From: Dehalococcoidia bacterium
GTDB taxonomy: Bacteria; Chloroflexota; Dehalococcoidia; Lucifugimonadales; JAAXIE01
Length of the DNA stretch: 64,000 nucleotides
Assembly: GCA_965197805.1 (NCBI GenBank)
Contig: OZ240229.1
Location: 3,589,039 to 3,653,038, forward strand
Direction: 5' to 3'
This document shows, in pieces, positions 36,797-46,077 of this stretch. The position numbers were made by a program, and so were the translations under genes. Numbering within the stretch: the first letter of the stretch is position 1; each line of letters starts with the position of its first letter. The notes beneath the pieces were generated by a model, which was not told the DNA's origin, made no database searches, and worked only from the letters and a program-made list of their open reading frames with translations.

Positions 36797-36973
36797 GATT
36801 GCCTTGATGTAGGGGGCAAATTCATCTTCCTGTCAGCACAAAAAGGCTTTTCCACCTGCCCCGCCAACAGTTTACAGCAGTTGACAGAAGCCGAATCACT
36901 GTTTTAGACTCCGACCGCTTCCACCATAGTCTAGGCACACTATGGAGATAAATCAGAATCTGGAGAAAGTGAC

Positions 36974-38764
36974 ATGAATAGTTTTCGCTATACCAGCATC
37001 TTGTTCCCCATAGGTGTGCTGATCGTGTTCTTGCTCCTAATAGCTGTTGCTTGTGGCGAATCGGCTGAACCGACGTCCACAGCCACGCCAGAACCCGTAG
37101 CAACGACGGCTTTCGACCCACCCCCAACGGCGGCCACCCCCACGTCATCTCCCGCCCCGGTGCCCACTTCGGCTCCTCCGACAACGTCTACGGTAAGCCG
37201 GCTGATAGTAGCCAACATACCTCCCCAGCCTGAAGCTCTGGATCCGTCATTGATCGGAACCTTCGAGCAGTTCCAGTTCTTGCCCATGATGGACAATCTA
37301 TTGGGTTTCAACCACAAGACTGGAGTTGTCGAAGGACGGGCTGCTAAGAGCTGGACGGGTAGCCCCGACGGTAAGACATGGACTTTCGAGCTCAACGAAG
37401 ACGTCCCTTTCCACTTTGGAAAAGGAACGATGACTTCCGCGGACTGGAAGGCTACTTTTGACTTCTTAATTCGGGACGAAAGCCTGGTTTCGAGGAAAAG
37501 GTTCTACAAGCTAAAGTTCGGTTTGTCCCCAGATTCGCCGGGTCCAGTCCCGGACGGGATAATCGACACTTCAGACCCGAATGTCTTGGTATTCAATCTG
37601 GCCGAGACCGATGCACGATTCTTCTACGACATGACCGACTATTTCGAAGCGGTCGCTTTAAGCAAAACTCAACTGGCAGAGCCCTACGACGAGTGGACGA
37701 AGACGCCGGCGGGCATAGGCTCTTTCCAGCTACTGGAGGCCAACGTCGGCGAAAACCGCATTTTCGAGAATGCTCCGGGGACCCACTATTTCCAAGAGCC
37801 GGCCTTTGAAGAACTCCAAATCATCTTCGTTCTCGAACCTTCAACTAGGCTTGCCATGCTCCTAGGAGAGCAGGCCCACATTGCCGACCTGCCTCGAGAG
37901 CTGGCTGAGGAGGGGGAAGAGCAGGGGTTGAAGCAGTGGCTGACCACCTTGGCGCCCTCAGTGGTGTTTGGAGTGTTTGGTGGCAACTTCGCGGGCCCGC
38001 CGCTGGAAAATGGTGACCCAGACTACTCCTTCCCGTTGTACAACTCCGAGCTGCCGTGGACCAAGAAGGAAGTGCGGCAAGCCATGAACATGGCGATCAA
38101 CCGGGATGAGCTTATTGAGGAACTCTTCGCAGACTCAGCCATCCCCATAATTGGCCCGCCCATGTGGTGGCCGAGGAACAATGGTTGGAACCCCCAATGG
38201 GTGGAAGACTTCCCAGATCTGTATCGGTATGATCCCGTAGCCGCCAAGGAACTGCTTGCTGAAGCTGGCTACCCCGATGGATTCACCGCCGAGTGGAAGG
38301 CATTTGCTCGACCCGGTGTACCTTGGAGGGAGCTTGTTGAGGCCCATGTCGGTTACATGAGGGAAATAGGAATCAACCTGAACGTTGAGGAGATGGAGTT
38401 TCAGGAGTTCCGCAACCAGTACCGGCAATTCAATCATAGTGGCTGGGGCTTCTGGTGGACTGCTCAGGAGAACCTGCCGTCCACCCGGTTCGGGTTCCAC
38501 CACAATATGCGCCGTAATCAGCAGCAGTGGTACGTGACGGAAGCGCTCCAGAGAAACTTCGACAAACTCGAGACCACTGTGCCAAAAGACGAACGCCATG
38601 CCATATTGAAAGAAATGGGCGATGAACTGTTCTATGATTTCGCTCTGATGCCCTTGGCCGCTGTTAGACCGAGATATGTAGCCAACACCAGCGTTGTGGC
38701 CGAATTCTTGACGACGGGCCTTAACGGAGTCCGTGACTTGGAGTTTGTGGTCCCGGCGCGGTAG
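36974..38764 (+). CDS. ABC transporter substrate-binding lipoprotein, family 5 (peptide/nickel, DppA/OppA-like)
   Basis: Signal peptide with lipobox IAVACGE, a Pro/Thr-rich linker, and SBP_bac_5-like collinearity. It is the first gene of a five-gene ABC operon. Confidence 0.9.
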   Translation: MNSFRYTSILFPIGVLIVFLLLIAVACGESAEPTSTATPEPVATTAFDPPPTAATPTSSPAPVPTSAPPTTSTVSRLIVANIPPQPEALDPSLIGTFEQFQFLPMMDNLLGFNHKTGVVEGRAAKSWTGSPDGKTWTFELNEDVPFHFGKGTMTSADWKATFDFLIRDESLVSRKRFYKLKFGLSPDSPGPVPDGIIDTSDPNVLVFNLAETDARFFYDMTDYFEAVALSKTQLAEPYDEWTKTPAGIGSFQLLEANVGENRIFENAPGTHYFQEPAFEELQIIFVLEPSTRLAMLLGEQAHIADLPRELAEEGEEQGLKQWLTTLAPSVVFGVFGGNFAGPPLENGDPDYSFPLYNSELPWTKKEVRQAMNMAINRDELIEELFADSAIPIIGPPMWWPRNNGWNPQWVEDFPDLYRYDPVAAKELLAEAGYPDGFTAEWKAFARPGVPWRELVEAHVGYMREIGINLNVEEMEFQEFRNQYRQFNHSGWGFWWTAQENLPSTRFGFHHNMRRNQQQWYVTEALQRNFDKLETTVPKDERHAILKEMGDELFYDFALMPLAAVRPRYVANTSVVAEFLTTGLNGVRDLEFVVPAR

Positions 38765-38936
38765 CCTAGGGAAGTTCGTTTTGTTGTACCGATAGTGAAT
38801 GCACAAAGGCAGGTAGGGCAACTCCTCTACCTGCCTTTGTCTAGGGGCAAGAGGGAGCCTCTGGCACCCGACCTGTCAGACTAGCCAAGGCTGGCTCGGC
38901 TCCGGGGAGAGTTCAGGTTAATACAAGGGGCACCCC

Positions 38937-39875
38937 GTGCAGCGATACATCCTGATTCGCCTCGCCCAGTCTGTCCTAACGCTGTTGATAATCAGCATAG
39001 TCGTCTTTGGCTTGGCACGATTGTCAGGAGACCCGATCAACGTCCTGACCTCAGACGACATGTCGGAGCAGGATCTTCAGCAGGTCAAGGAGAACTGGGG
39101 ACTGGATAAGTCCTACCCCGAGCAATACTGGCTCTTCCTCGCCAACGCAGTACAAGGGGATTTTGGTAAGTCTCTGAGATTCAAAGGGCATACCGCCATA
39201 TCTCTGATCAAACGCCGTCTGCCCGCTACCCTCGAGCTTACGGCGGTCGCTCTCGGCTTCGGCGTCCTCTTGGCCATACCCATCGGAGTACTGTCTGCGG
39301 TGAAGAAGGACACGCCTTTCGATTACGGCGCAAAGATTTTTGGCCTGTTGGGGCAATCTGTCCCCAGCTTCTGGCTGGGCATAGTGCTGATATGGGTATT
39401 CGGGGTGACCCTGGGTTGGCTGCCTGTGAGCCTGCGGGATGAGGGCAACATCTTCCAGCGCTTGGATCATATCGTGTTGCCTGCCTTCACGCTGGGCTAC
39501 TTCTCAGTCGCCGCGTTAATGCGCCTGACCCGCTCCGCTATGCTGGAAGTGCTGGACAGCGAGTATGTGAAAACGGCGCACCTCAAGGGCCTACCCCAAT
39601 GGAAGGTGCTTTGGAAGCATTGCCTCCGCAATGCAGCCATCGGCCCATTAACATACCTTGGAATACTGACGGGCATCGTGCTCACTGGGGCTGTAGCTAT
39701 CGAGACGGTTTTTGCTTGGCCGGGCTTGGGGCTATTGATCGTGCAATCGGTGCAAGCAAGGGATTTCCCAGTAGTGCAAGCGCTGGCGCTTTGGGGTGCT
39801 CTCGGGGTAATTGCGATAAACCTGATGGTAGATATCTCCTATGCCTATCTCGATCCTAGAATACGTTATAGATAG
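38937..39875 (+). CDS. ABC transporter permease (DppB/OppB-like)
   Basis: MQRYILIRLAQSVLTLLIISIVVF N-terminus and a BPD_transp_1 pattern. Confidence 0.9.
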   Translation: MQRYILIRLAQSVLTLLIISIVVFGLARLSGDPINVLTSDDMSEQDLQQVKENWGLDKSYPEQYWLFLANAVQGDFGKSLRFKGHTAISLIKRRLPATLELTAVALGFGVLLAIPIGVLSAVKKDTPFDYGAKIFGLLGQSVPSFWLGIVLIWVFGVTLGWLPVSLRDEGNIFQRLDHIVLPAFTLGYFSVAALMRLTRSAMLEVLDSEYVKTAHLKGLPQWKVLWKHCLRNAAIGPLTYLGILTGIVLTGAVAIETVFAWPGLGLLIVQSVQARDFPVVQALALWGALGVIAINLMVDISYAYLDPRIRYR

Positions 39876-39908
39876 TCGTACTGAAGAACGCCGGAAGGGA
39901 ATGTCCTG

Positions 39909-40826
39909 ATGGCTATAACAATCTTACAAGAGCAGCCGTGGTACAGTGCCGAAAGGCTCTGGCGTGCGTTAGCAGTGGTCCGGCGATGGCCTCTGATCCC
40001 CTTGCTATTGATCTTGGTACTGGTGGTAATGCCGGCAGTCCTTGCTGATGTTCTTGCTCCCCATGATCCTGAAATTGGAAAGCTGAGCGAACGACTTACT
40101 CCTCCCTTCTGGGCAGGAGATCAGGAGGTGGCAGAAGAGGGGGAGGGCATCAGATACCTTCTGGGCACTGATCGTTCTGGAAGAGACATCTTCAGTCGGA
40201 TGATGCACGGGGCTAGAGTATCACTGATGGTTTCTCTACTGGCCATATCCGCCGGGGGCATCGTTGGTACCACACTGGGCGTGCTGGCCGGTTACTACGG
40301 CGGAATAACGGACCATTTCATAATGCGCATAGTAGACGCCTTTCTCGCTTTCCCTTTCATACTACTGGCGTTGGTGCTGGTCTCGATATTTGGCAGTAGT
40401 TTCTCCACCGTGGTAGTTACGATAGGGATTTTGCTGTGGGCCCGGTTTGCCCGACTGGCTCGGGGCGAGGCGCTTACCGTAAAGCCTAGGGACTTTGTTA
40501 CCCGGGCCAAAGCCTCTGGGTGCTCCGACTTCCGCATAATGACACGACACATCTTTCCCAACATTGTGAACCCGATCCTGGTGGTCGCGACCCTTGAGGT
40601 GGGGCATGTGATATTGTTGGAATCCACACTTAGTTTCCTCGGAGCAGGCCTACCGATCCCCACTCCGGCTTGGGGCCTGATGGTGGCGGAGGGTCGAGAC
40701 CTAATTGTGGCTAACTGGTGGGTCTCTTTCTTTCCCGGCATTGCCATCCTGCTCACGGTGTTATCGATGAATTTGGCGGGAGACTGGCTAAGAGATAGGC
40801 TGGACCCGAAGCTGAGACAGTTGTGA
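39909..40826 (+). CDS. ABC transporter permease (DppC/OppC-like)
   Basis: LGTDRSGRDIFSRMMHGARVSL is the conserved DppC motif. Confidence 0.9.
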   Translation: MAITILQEQPWYSAERLWRALAVVRRWPLIPLLLILVLVVMPAVLADVLAPHDPEIGKLSERLTPPFWAGDQEVAEEGEGIRYLLGTDRSGRDIFSRMMHGARVSLMVSLLAISAGGIVGTTLGVLAGYYGGITDHFIMRIVDAFLAFPFILLALVLVSIFGSSFSTVVVTIGILLWARFARLARGEALTVKPRDFVTRAKASGCSDFRIMTRHIFPNIVNPILVVATLEVGHVILLESTLSFLGAGLPIPTPAWGLMVAEGRDLIVANWWVSFFPGIAILLTVLSMNLAGDWLRDRLDPKLRQL

Positions 40827-41815
40827 GCATGGACGATTTCGATCGCGATCGCCCCATACTTGAGGTTGACAACCTCTGCACGTATTTTTTCAACCGACGT
40901 GGTGTGGTTAAAGCTGTCGACGGAGTCAAGTTTCACTTGAGGCAGGGTGAAACTCTGGGTATCGTGGGCGAATCCGGCTGTGGCAAGACCATGACAGCCC
41001 TATCGCTGTTGCGCCTTGTACCCCGGCCGGCAGCACGCATCGTGGACGGGGCGGTGCGGCTATATGGAGAGGACCTGCTATCCCTTAGCAACGACGAGAT
41101 GCGGAGGGTTCGAGGGCGCAAGATTGCGATGATCCTCCAAGACCCCCAAACGTCGCTCAACCCGGTGTTTAATATCAGTAACCAGCTAATAGAAGCCTTC
41201 GGGATGCGGTTCAAGGGTGATAAGCAGTCCATGATCCAGCGGGCCATTGAGGCCTTGCGAAATGTAAGGGTGGCGGCGCCTGAAAGTCGCTTGAGAGATT
41301 TCCCTCACCAGATGAGCGGCGGGATGAAACAGCGGGTATTTGGCGCCATGGCAGTAGCCCAAGAGCCGGGGGTGGTAATAGCCGATGAACCTACCACCGC
41401 GCTGGACGTGACCATTCAACTGCAGTACCTCCGTCTGTTGAAGGAGATTCAGGCGCAAACAGGGCTCGCCATCATATTCATCACCCACGACTTCGGGATT
41501 GTGGCGCGCATGTGCGACCGGGTAGCTGTGATGTATGCCGGCCGCATTGTGGAGAATGGGCCTGTCAGAGATGTATTTAACCACCCGTCGCATCCTTACA
41601 CACAGGCTTTGATGGCATCGGTGCCCGACATGGAGGAGCCCCCGGAACGCCTCTACTCTATCGAGGGCCAGCCACCTGTACTGATGGATCTTCCCGATGG
41701 CTGCCGCTTTGCTCCACGATGCCCTCACGCAACGGACCGATGTAACGCCGAGTACCCCCCTAGCTTCACAGTCAGGCCAGAACACACAGCAGATTGCTGG
41801 AAAATGGAAGAATAG
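40823..41815 (+). CDS. ABC transporter ATP-binding protein (DppD/OppD-like)
   Basis: Walker A GESGCGKT, signature MSGGMKQRV, Walker B VIADEPTT, and the C-terminal oligopeptide domain CRFAPRCP. Confidence 0.9.
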   Translation: MSMDDFDRDRPILEVDNLCTYFFNRRGVVKAVDGVKFHLRQGETLGIVGESGCGKTMTALSLLRLVPRPAARIVDGAVRLYGEDLLSLSNDEMRRVRGRKIAMILQDPQTSLNPVFNISNQLIEAFGMRFKGDKQSMIQRAIEALRNVRVAAPESRLRDFPHQMSGGMKQRVFGAMAVAQEPGVVIADEPTTALDVTIQLQYLRLLKEIQAQTGLAIIFITHDFGIVARMCDRVAVMYAGRIVENGPVRDVFNHPSHPYTQALMASVPDMEEPPERLYSIEGQPPVLMDLPDGCRFAPRCPHATDRCNAEYPPSFTVRPEHTADCWKMEE

Positions 41816-42783
41816 TGGAACATGCCCTGATCGAAGTCAAAAATCTGAAGAAATACTTCCCAGTCACCCGGGGCTTGATCCTCATGAAAACCGTCGGCTA
41901 TGTTCAGGCCGTTGATGGGATCAGCTTCACAATAGGTGATAAAGAAACGTTGGCGTTGGTTGGTGAGTCCGGCTGTGGCAAAACCACTACTGCCAAGTTG
42001 ATGCTTCGTCTCGAACAACCCACTTCAGGACAGATTTATCTCCAAGGTCAGGACATTCAGGAGTTGACCGGGCAGGAACTGAAGGACCTCCGTTCCGATG
42101 TTCAACCCGTGTTTCAGGACCCGTGGTCTTCACTGAGCCCGCGAATGAAAGTAAAAGATATTGTAGCGGAGCCTCTGGTTGTAAACCGGCAGATGACTCG
42201 CCAAGAAGTAAAGGACCGAGTAGATGAGGTGCTGGTACAAGTGGGCCTCAACCCAGCACAGGGGGAGCTCTATCCACACGAGTTCAGCGGCGGCCAGCGG
42301 CAACGAATTGCAGTGGCCAGTGCGCTTGCATCGTATCCCAAGCTAATGATTCTCGACGAGCCCGTGTCAGCGCTGGACGTTTCGATACGAGCCCAGGTGA
42401 TGAATCTGCTCAAGGACCTTCAGGGACAATACGAGGTCAGCTATATGCTGGTGGCCCACAATCTGGCTACGGTAAGGTACATGGCCCATAGGACAGCCGT
42501 AATGTACCTAGGTCAGTTTGTAGAATATTCTTCCACCACAGATCTCTTTGAAAACCCTCTGCACCCATATACCAAGGCGCTGTTTTCGGCAGCGCTTCCT
42601 TCCCATCCCGATGTTAATCGGGAAGAAATCGTCCTATCTGGTGAGGTCCCTTCTCCCATCAATCCGCCGTCAGGCTGCCGGTTTCATCCACGATGTCCAA
42701 TGGCGATGGAAAGATGTAGTGTGGACATTCCCGAACCCAAAGAGGTGGCGACAGGCCACACCGTTAGCTGCCACCTATATTAG
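41794..42783 (+). CDS. ABC transporter ATP-binding protein (DppF/OppF-like)
   Basis: GESGCGKTT, FSGGQRQRI, LILDEPVSALD, and CRFHPRCP. Confidence 0.9.
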   Translation: MLENGRIVEHALIEVKNLKKYFPVTRGLILMKTVGYVQAVDGISFTIGDKETLALVGESGCGKTTTAKLMLRLEQPTSGQIYLQGQDIQELTGQELKDLRSDVQPVFQDPWSSLSPRMKVKDIVAEPLVVNRQMTRQEVKDRVDEVLVQVGLNPAQGELYPHEFSGGQRQRIAVASALASYPKLMILDEPVSALDVSIRAQVMNLLKDLQGQYEVSYMLVAHNLATVRYMAHRTAVMYLGQFVEYSSTTDLFENPLHPYTKALFSAALPSHPDVNREEIVLSGEVPSPINPPSGCRFHPRCPMAMERCSVDIPEPKEVATGHTVSCHLY

Positions 42784-42846
42784 AGGCCTTTTGTTCCAGA
42801 TATGTCCTTGGAAGTTATCAAGTATCACGGCAAAGGAGGCAACAGT

Positions 42847-43446
42847 ATGCTATGGCTAAGGGGTGTTAGCGACGACCAAGCCGAAGGCTATGTCAAAGAA
42901 GTGTTCGACCGGTACCGGGAAACGCGGGGTGCAGTGCCTGCATTGTCTCGTGTGCTCGCACTTAGACCCGATGTGCTACGAGGACGGGAAACTCTACGTA
43001 ATGCGGTATGCGATGAAGCGACCACTCTGGGAAGGCGCCGCGAGGAGCTTCTGAATTTCTATGGAGCGACGCTAGGCGTCTGTACCGGTTGAGTGATGAA
43101 TCACGGAGAGTTGCTCCGTAAGGCTTCGGATACAGACAAGAAAGCAGTTGCAGCAATTGGTGCCGACTTCAGGACGTCCGAATTAGATCACCAGGACAAG
43201 ACCATGCTGGCTTTCGCTGAGAAACTTACCTTTGACCACACTCATGTGACCAAGCAAGACTTAGAAGGTCTGCGAGAGGTTGGCTTCAGCGACGAGAATA
43301 TCCTGGAAATCATAGCCTCTGTAGCCTTCAGGAATTTCAGTAACCGGCTGAATGTCGGCTTGGGCTTAGATGACCCTGACAACCTGCCGGAGTTAGACCC
43401 AGATCTGAACGAGATGTTGGTGACGAGGGAAGCTGTAAGCGCCTAA
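42847..43446 (+). CDS. AhpD/carboxymuconolactone decarboxylase (CMD)-family peroxidase-related protein with in-frame TGA at 43090-43092 (candidate selenocysteine, motif C-T-G-U)
   Basis: ORFs 42802..43092 and 43093..43446 are in the same frame, separated only by TGA. Together they give about 199 aa, the normal length for this family. The TGA sits at the second position of the CxxC redox motif (GVCTG[TGA]VMNH). AAGGAGG lies 7 nt before ATG 42847. Confidence 0.7.
43103..43119 (+). promoter_or_regulatory. SECIS-like hairpin downstream of the TGA
   Basis: ACGGAG-AGTTG-CTCCGT starts after a 10-nt gap from the TGA (first stem base 11 nt downstream of its last base). Confidence 0.45.
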
Positions 43447-43705
43447 GCTCTGAGGTACTGTTTGAGGAGGCGCTTTCCTACCGTAACGGGCCACAACGGG
43501 CAAAGATGCCTACCCTCAGGGCGGCGGGTTTACATCGGTAACTTGTCGGTCCACGTAGCACTTGGCATTGAGTGTAGTTGCCTCAATTGAGGCTAGGGTG
43601 GTCTGAGATTGACAATAAAGTTCAAGATATAACAAGAACTTAGGATTGGTGGCTGCTTGCCGCAAAATCCCAAATCTGCGCAAGTGAGCCTAAGAAGGGA
43701 GTAGC

Positions 43706-44764
43706 ATGTCTTACATTTTTGCAGGTCTGGCTGGAGACACGAGCCCCGGCATCGAATGGGTCGAGAAGCATATGGGAATGAAGATGACAGTCAGTAGCGG
43801 GCTGTTCCGGAGGCCTTTTGGCGAGGGTAGCTGGGAAGCGATTACCAGCGGCCTTCCAGAGCGCCCCGAAATAAGAGCGATTACGGTACACCCGACCAAT
43901 CCCGATACGGTTTACGTCGCCACTCAGGATGGGCCATACCGCACCGATGATCATGGAGACCACTGGGAGCGGGTAGATGTTCCCAGTCATGGGCTTCCCA
44001 TGTGGTCACTCCTATTCCACCCTAGGGATCCCAACGTAATGTATGCCGGCTACGAGAACTGTGAGATATACCGGAGCGAAGATGGTGGCGAGCGCTGGAA
44101 CCAACTGCCAGTCAGTGTTCGTTTCCCCCAAATTACCATGCCTCCCAGAGGCATACCAGCCAAGCGGGTCCTCATGATGAGTGCGAGCGCCTCCGATCCA
44201 GACCAGTTGTTCGCGTCCCTTGAAGTTGGAGGTCTTATCCGTTCCCTCGATGGCGGTGATCACTGGGAGAACCTGAGTGACGGCCAGTATCTTTCTGATG
44301 ACACAGTGGATATGCATGGTGTGCTTGCGAGCCGGTTCCGGCCCGACACCGTGATCAGCATCTGTCGAGTGGGTATGTTCCGAAGCACGGACAAGGGAGA
44401 CCACTGGGAGAACGTACCTATCGAAAGCTTGAACCCCCACAAAGGCACAACCTACTGCCGGTCTATCCGCGAGGTGCCAGGAAACCCCCGCAGTATCTGG
44501 GTGTCTGCTGGCGGAGATTTTGAGAGCCCCGTGGGCGGTCTGTTCCATAGCGAAGACGGGGGCCTGAGCTTCGACCGGGTAGATATTGGCTACGAACCGA
44601 ACAGCACTCTCTTCGGGGTAGCCATAGACCAGCGAAACCCCCGTAACATTTGCTGCGCTTCGAAAAATGGCCAGGTGTTCGCCAGTAGCGACAGCGGAAA
44701 GACATGGACCGACCATCCATTGCCCGCGGGTTCATCCCAGGTCTATTGTCTGGCCACCGCCTGA
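43706..44764 (+). CDS. BNR/Asp-box repeat beta-propeller protein (sialidase-fold / Ycf48-like)
   Basis: Repeated Asp-boxes: TDDHGDHWE, SEDGGERWN, SLDGGDHWEN, STDKGDHWEN, SEDGGLSF, SSDSGKTWT. The exact start is uncertain. Confidence 0.7.
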   Translation: MSYIFAGLAGDTSPGIEWVEKHMGMKMTVSSGLFRRPFGEGSWEAITSGLPERPEIRAITVHPTNPDTVYVATQDGPYRTDDHGDHWERVDVPSHGLPMWSLLFHPRDPNVMYAGYENCEIYRSEDGGERWNQLPVSVRFPQITMPPRGIPAKRVLMMSASASDPDQLFASLEVGGLIRSLDGGDHWENLSDGQYLSDDTVDMHGVLASRFRPDTVISICRVGMFRSTDKGDHWENVPIESLNPHKGTTYCRSIREVPGNPRSIWVSAGGDFESPVGGLFHSEDGGLSFDRVDIGYEPNSTLFGVAIDQRNPRNICCASKNGQVFASSDSGKTWTDHPLPAGSSQVYCLATA

Positions 44765-44858
44765 CATTCAAACTGACGAAGCTAACGGTTACAAATGGGC
44801 CGGTAAGCCATCAGGCTTACCGGCCCTCTTAGTTCCCGGTACTTCAAAGGGCGGAGTG

Positions 44859-45923
44859 TTACGCATTCACCTGCGGTTCCAAGTAGTCCTTTGGCTTGTT
44901 GTATATCTGGAGGCGGCTCCGTTGGCAGTCCACTATGAGAAGCCTGTCTTTCACGGCGTCGAAGGTAATTCCGGTTGGTAAAGCAAACCGCCATTCCGAC
45001 TCAACATGGTGGGCACGACGCCGCGCCCTAGCGTAGTCCGGATTGGTATCGATTGCCTGCTGGGCCCATTTGGATAACTGCTGGGCATCACCCGTTAGCT
45101 TGGCAATGTACCGTCCATCCGAGGCATAAATTAGCACCCTGCCTGGATGGTAGTCGTTATCCCCCCAGTCGCAGACATACACATCCCCATCTGGGTCCAC
45201 AGCTACTCCTGTGGGCAGGTGTAGCTGTCCGTGACGATTGGTTGGCCCGCCAAACTCGGCCACCGCCTCGCCATTGCTCGTATATTTTTGCACCCTGTGG
45301 TTCCTGTGATCGGCCACGTACACGTATCCCTCGCCGTCCACAGTGATCCCCCAAGGCGAATCGAGCTCCCCAGAACCGCTGCCCTGTGTCCCCCACCGGG
45401 TGAGAAGCGCGCCAGCCTTGCTGAATTTCCCAATCTGATGGCTGCGGCCATCAGCTACATAGAGATTGCCTTGCCCATCTATACCAAGTCCTGAGGCGCC
45501 GTGCTCTCCTTCGTCCCCGTCGTCCAGTGTGCTCCATTGCCGCAGGAACGTTCCGTCCTTCTCAAAGACCGATACCCGGTTTAGCCATTCATCAGTGACG
45601 TAGATCTTCTCGTCGTGATCGACAACGATTCCGGCTGGCCAGATAAGCTGTCCGTCTCCGACTCCATATGTGCCGAATTCCCCCAAGAACTCTTCGTCAC
45701 CAGGCGTTGTGCCTATATTGAGTTTCCCAATCCGAGCCCCCGCTCCAGTTTCACTCCAGTGTACGTTGCTGGTTGTTTCAGTTCCCCTGCTAAGGACATA
45801 TACCGTATCCCCAGCGCCTACAGCCACTCCCGCCGGGTTGGAAAACCCAATCCCAGACTGGGCGCTTCGCCCAACGCTATGGCTGTAGTCATACACTCGT
45901 CCTGCCGCGAATTGAGTAACCAT
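44859..45923 (-). CDS. NHL-repeat six-bladed beta-propeller protein
   Basis: Repeated P.G(I/V)(A/V)VD..G..YV(A/C)D....R(V/I).(V/K)(F/Y) modules. Confidence 0.8.
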   Translation of the reverse strand: MVTQFAAGRVYDYSHSVGRSAQSGIGFSNPAGVAVGAGDTVYVLSRGTETTSNVHWSETGAGARIGKLNIGTTPGDEEFLGEFGTYGVGDGQLIWPAGIVVDHDEKIYVTDEWLNRVSVFEKDGTFLRQWSTLDDGDEGEHGASGLGIDGQGNLYVADGRSHQIGKFSKAGALLTRWGTQGSGSGELDSPWGITVDGEGYVYVADHRNHRVQKYTSNGEAVAEFGGPTNRHGQLHLPTGVAVDPDGDVYVCDWGDNDYHPGRVLIYASDGRYIAKLTGDAQQLSKWAQQAIDTNPDYARARRRAHHVESEWRFALPTGITFDAVKDRLLIVDCQRSRLQIYNKPKDYLEPQVNA

Positions 45924-46077
45924 TTCCCTCTCCCGTTATCGTGATGCGTCAGGAGTCAAGAGGCTGAGGAGAATCAGCCAACGCAACTGACGTTCTATGG
46001 CCAGGGCCAACAAGCTAGGTCATGCTTCGGTAGCAAATAGTCCACGGGCCCCTAGGGCGTATGGACCGACCCTTGCC

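Noticed and set aside
43585-43598. The 14-bp perfect palindrome GCCTCAATTGAGGC upstream of the BNR gene as a regulatory operator.
   Set aside because: It is a single occurrence with no adjacent regulator gene or recognisable promoter. The support is too weak for a feature call.
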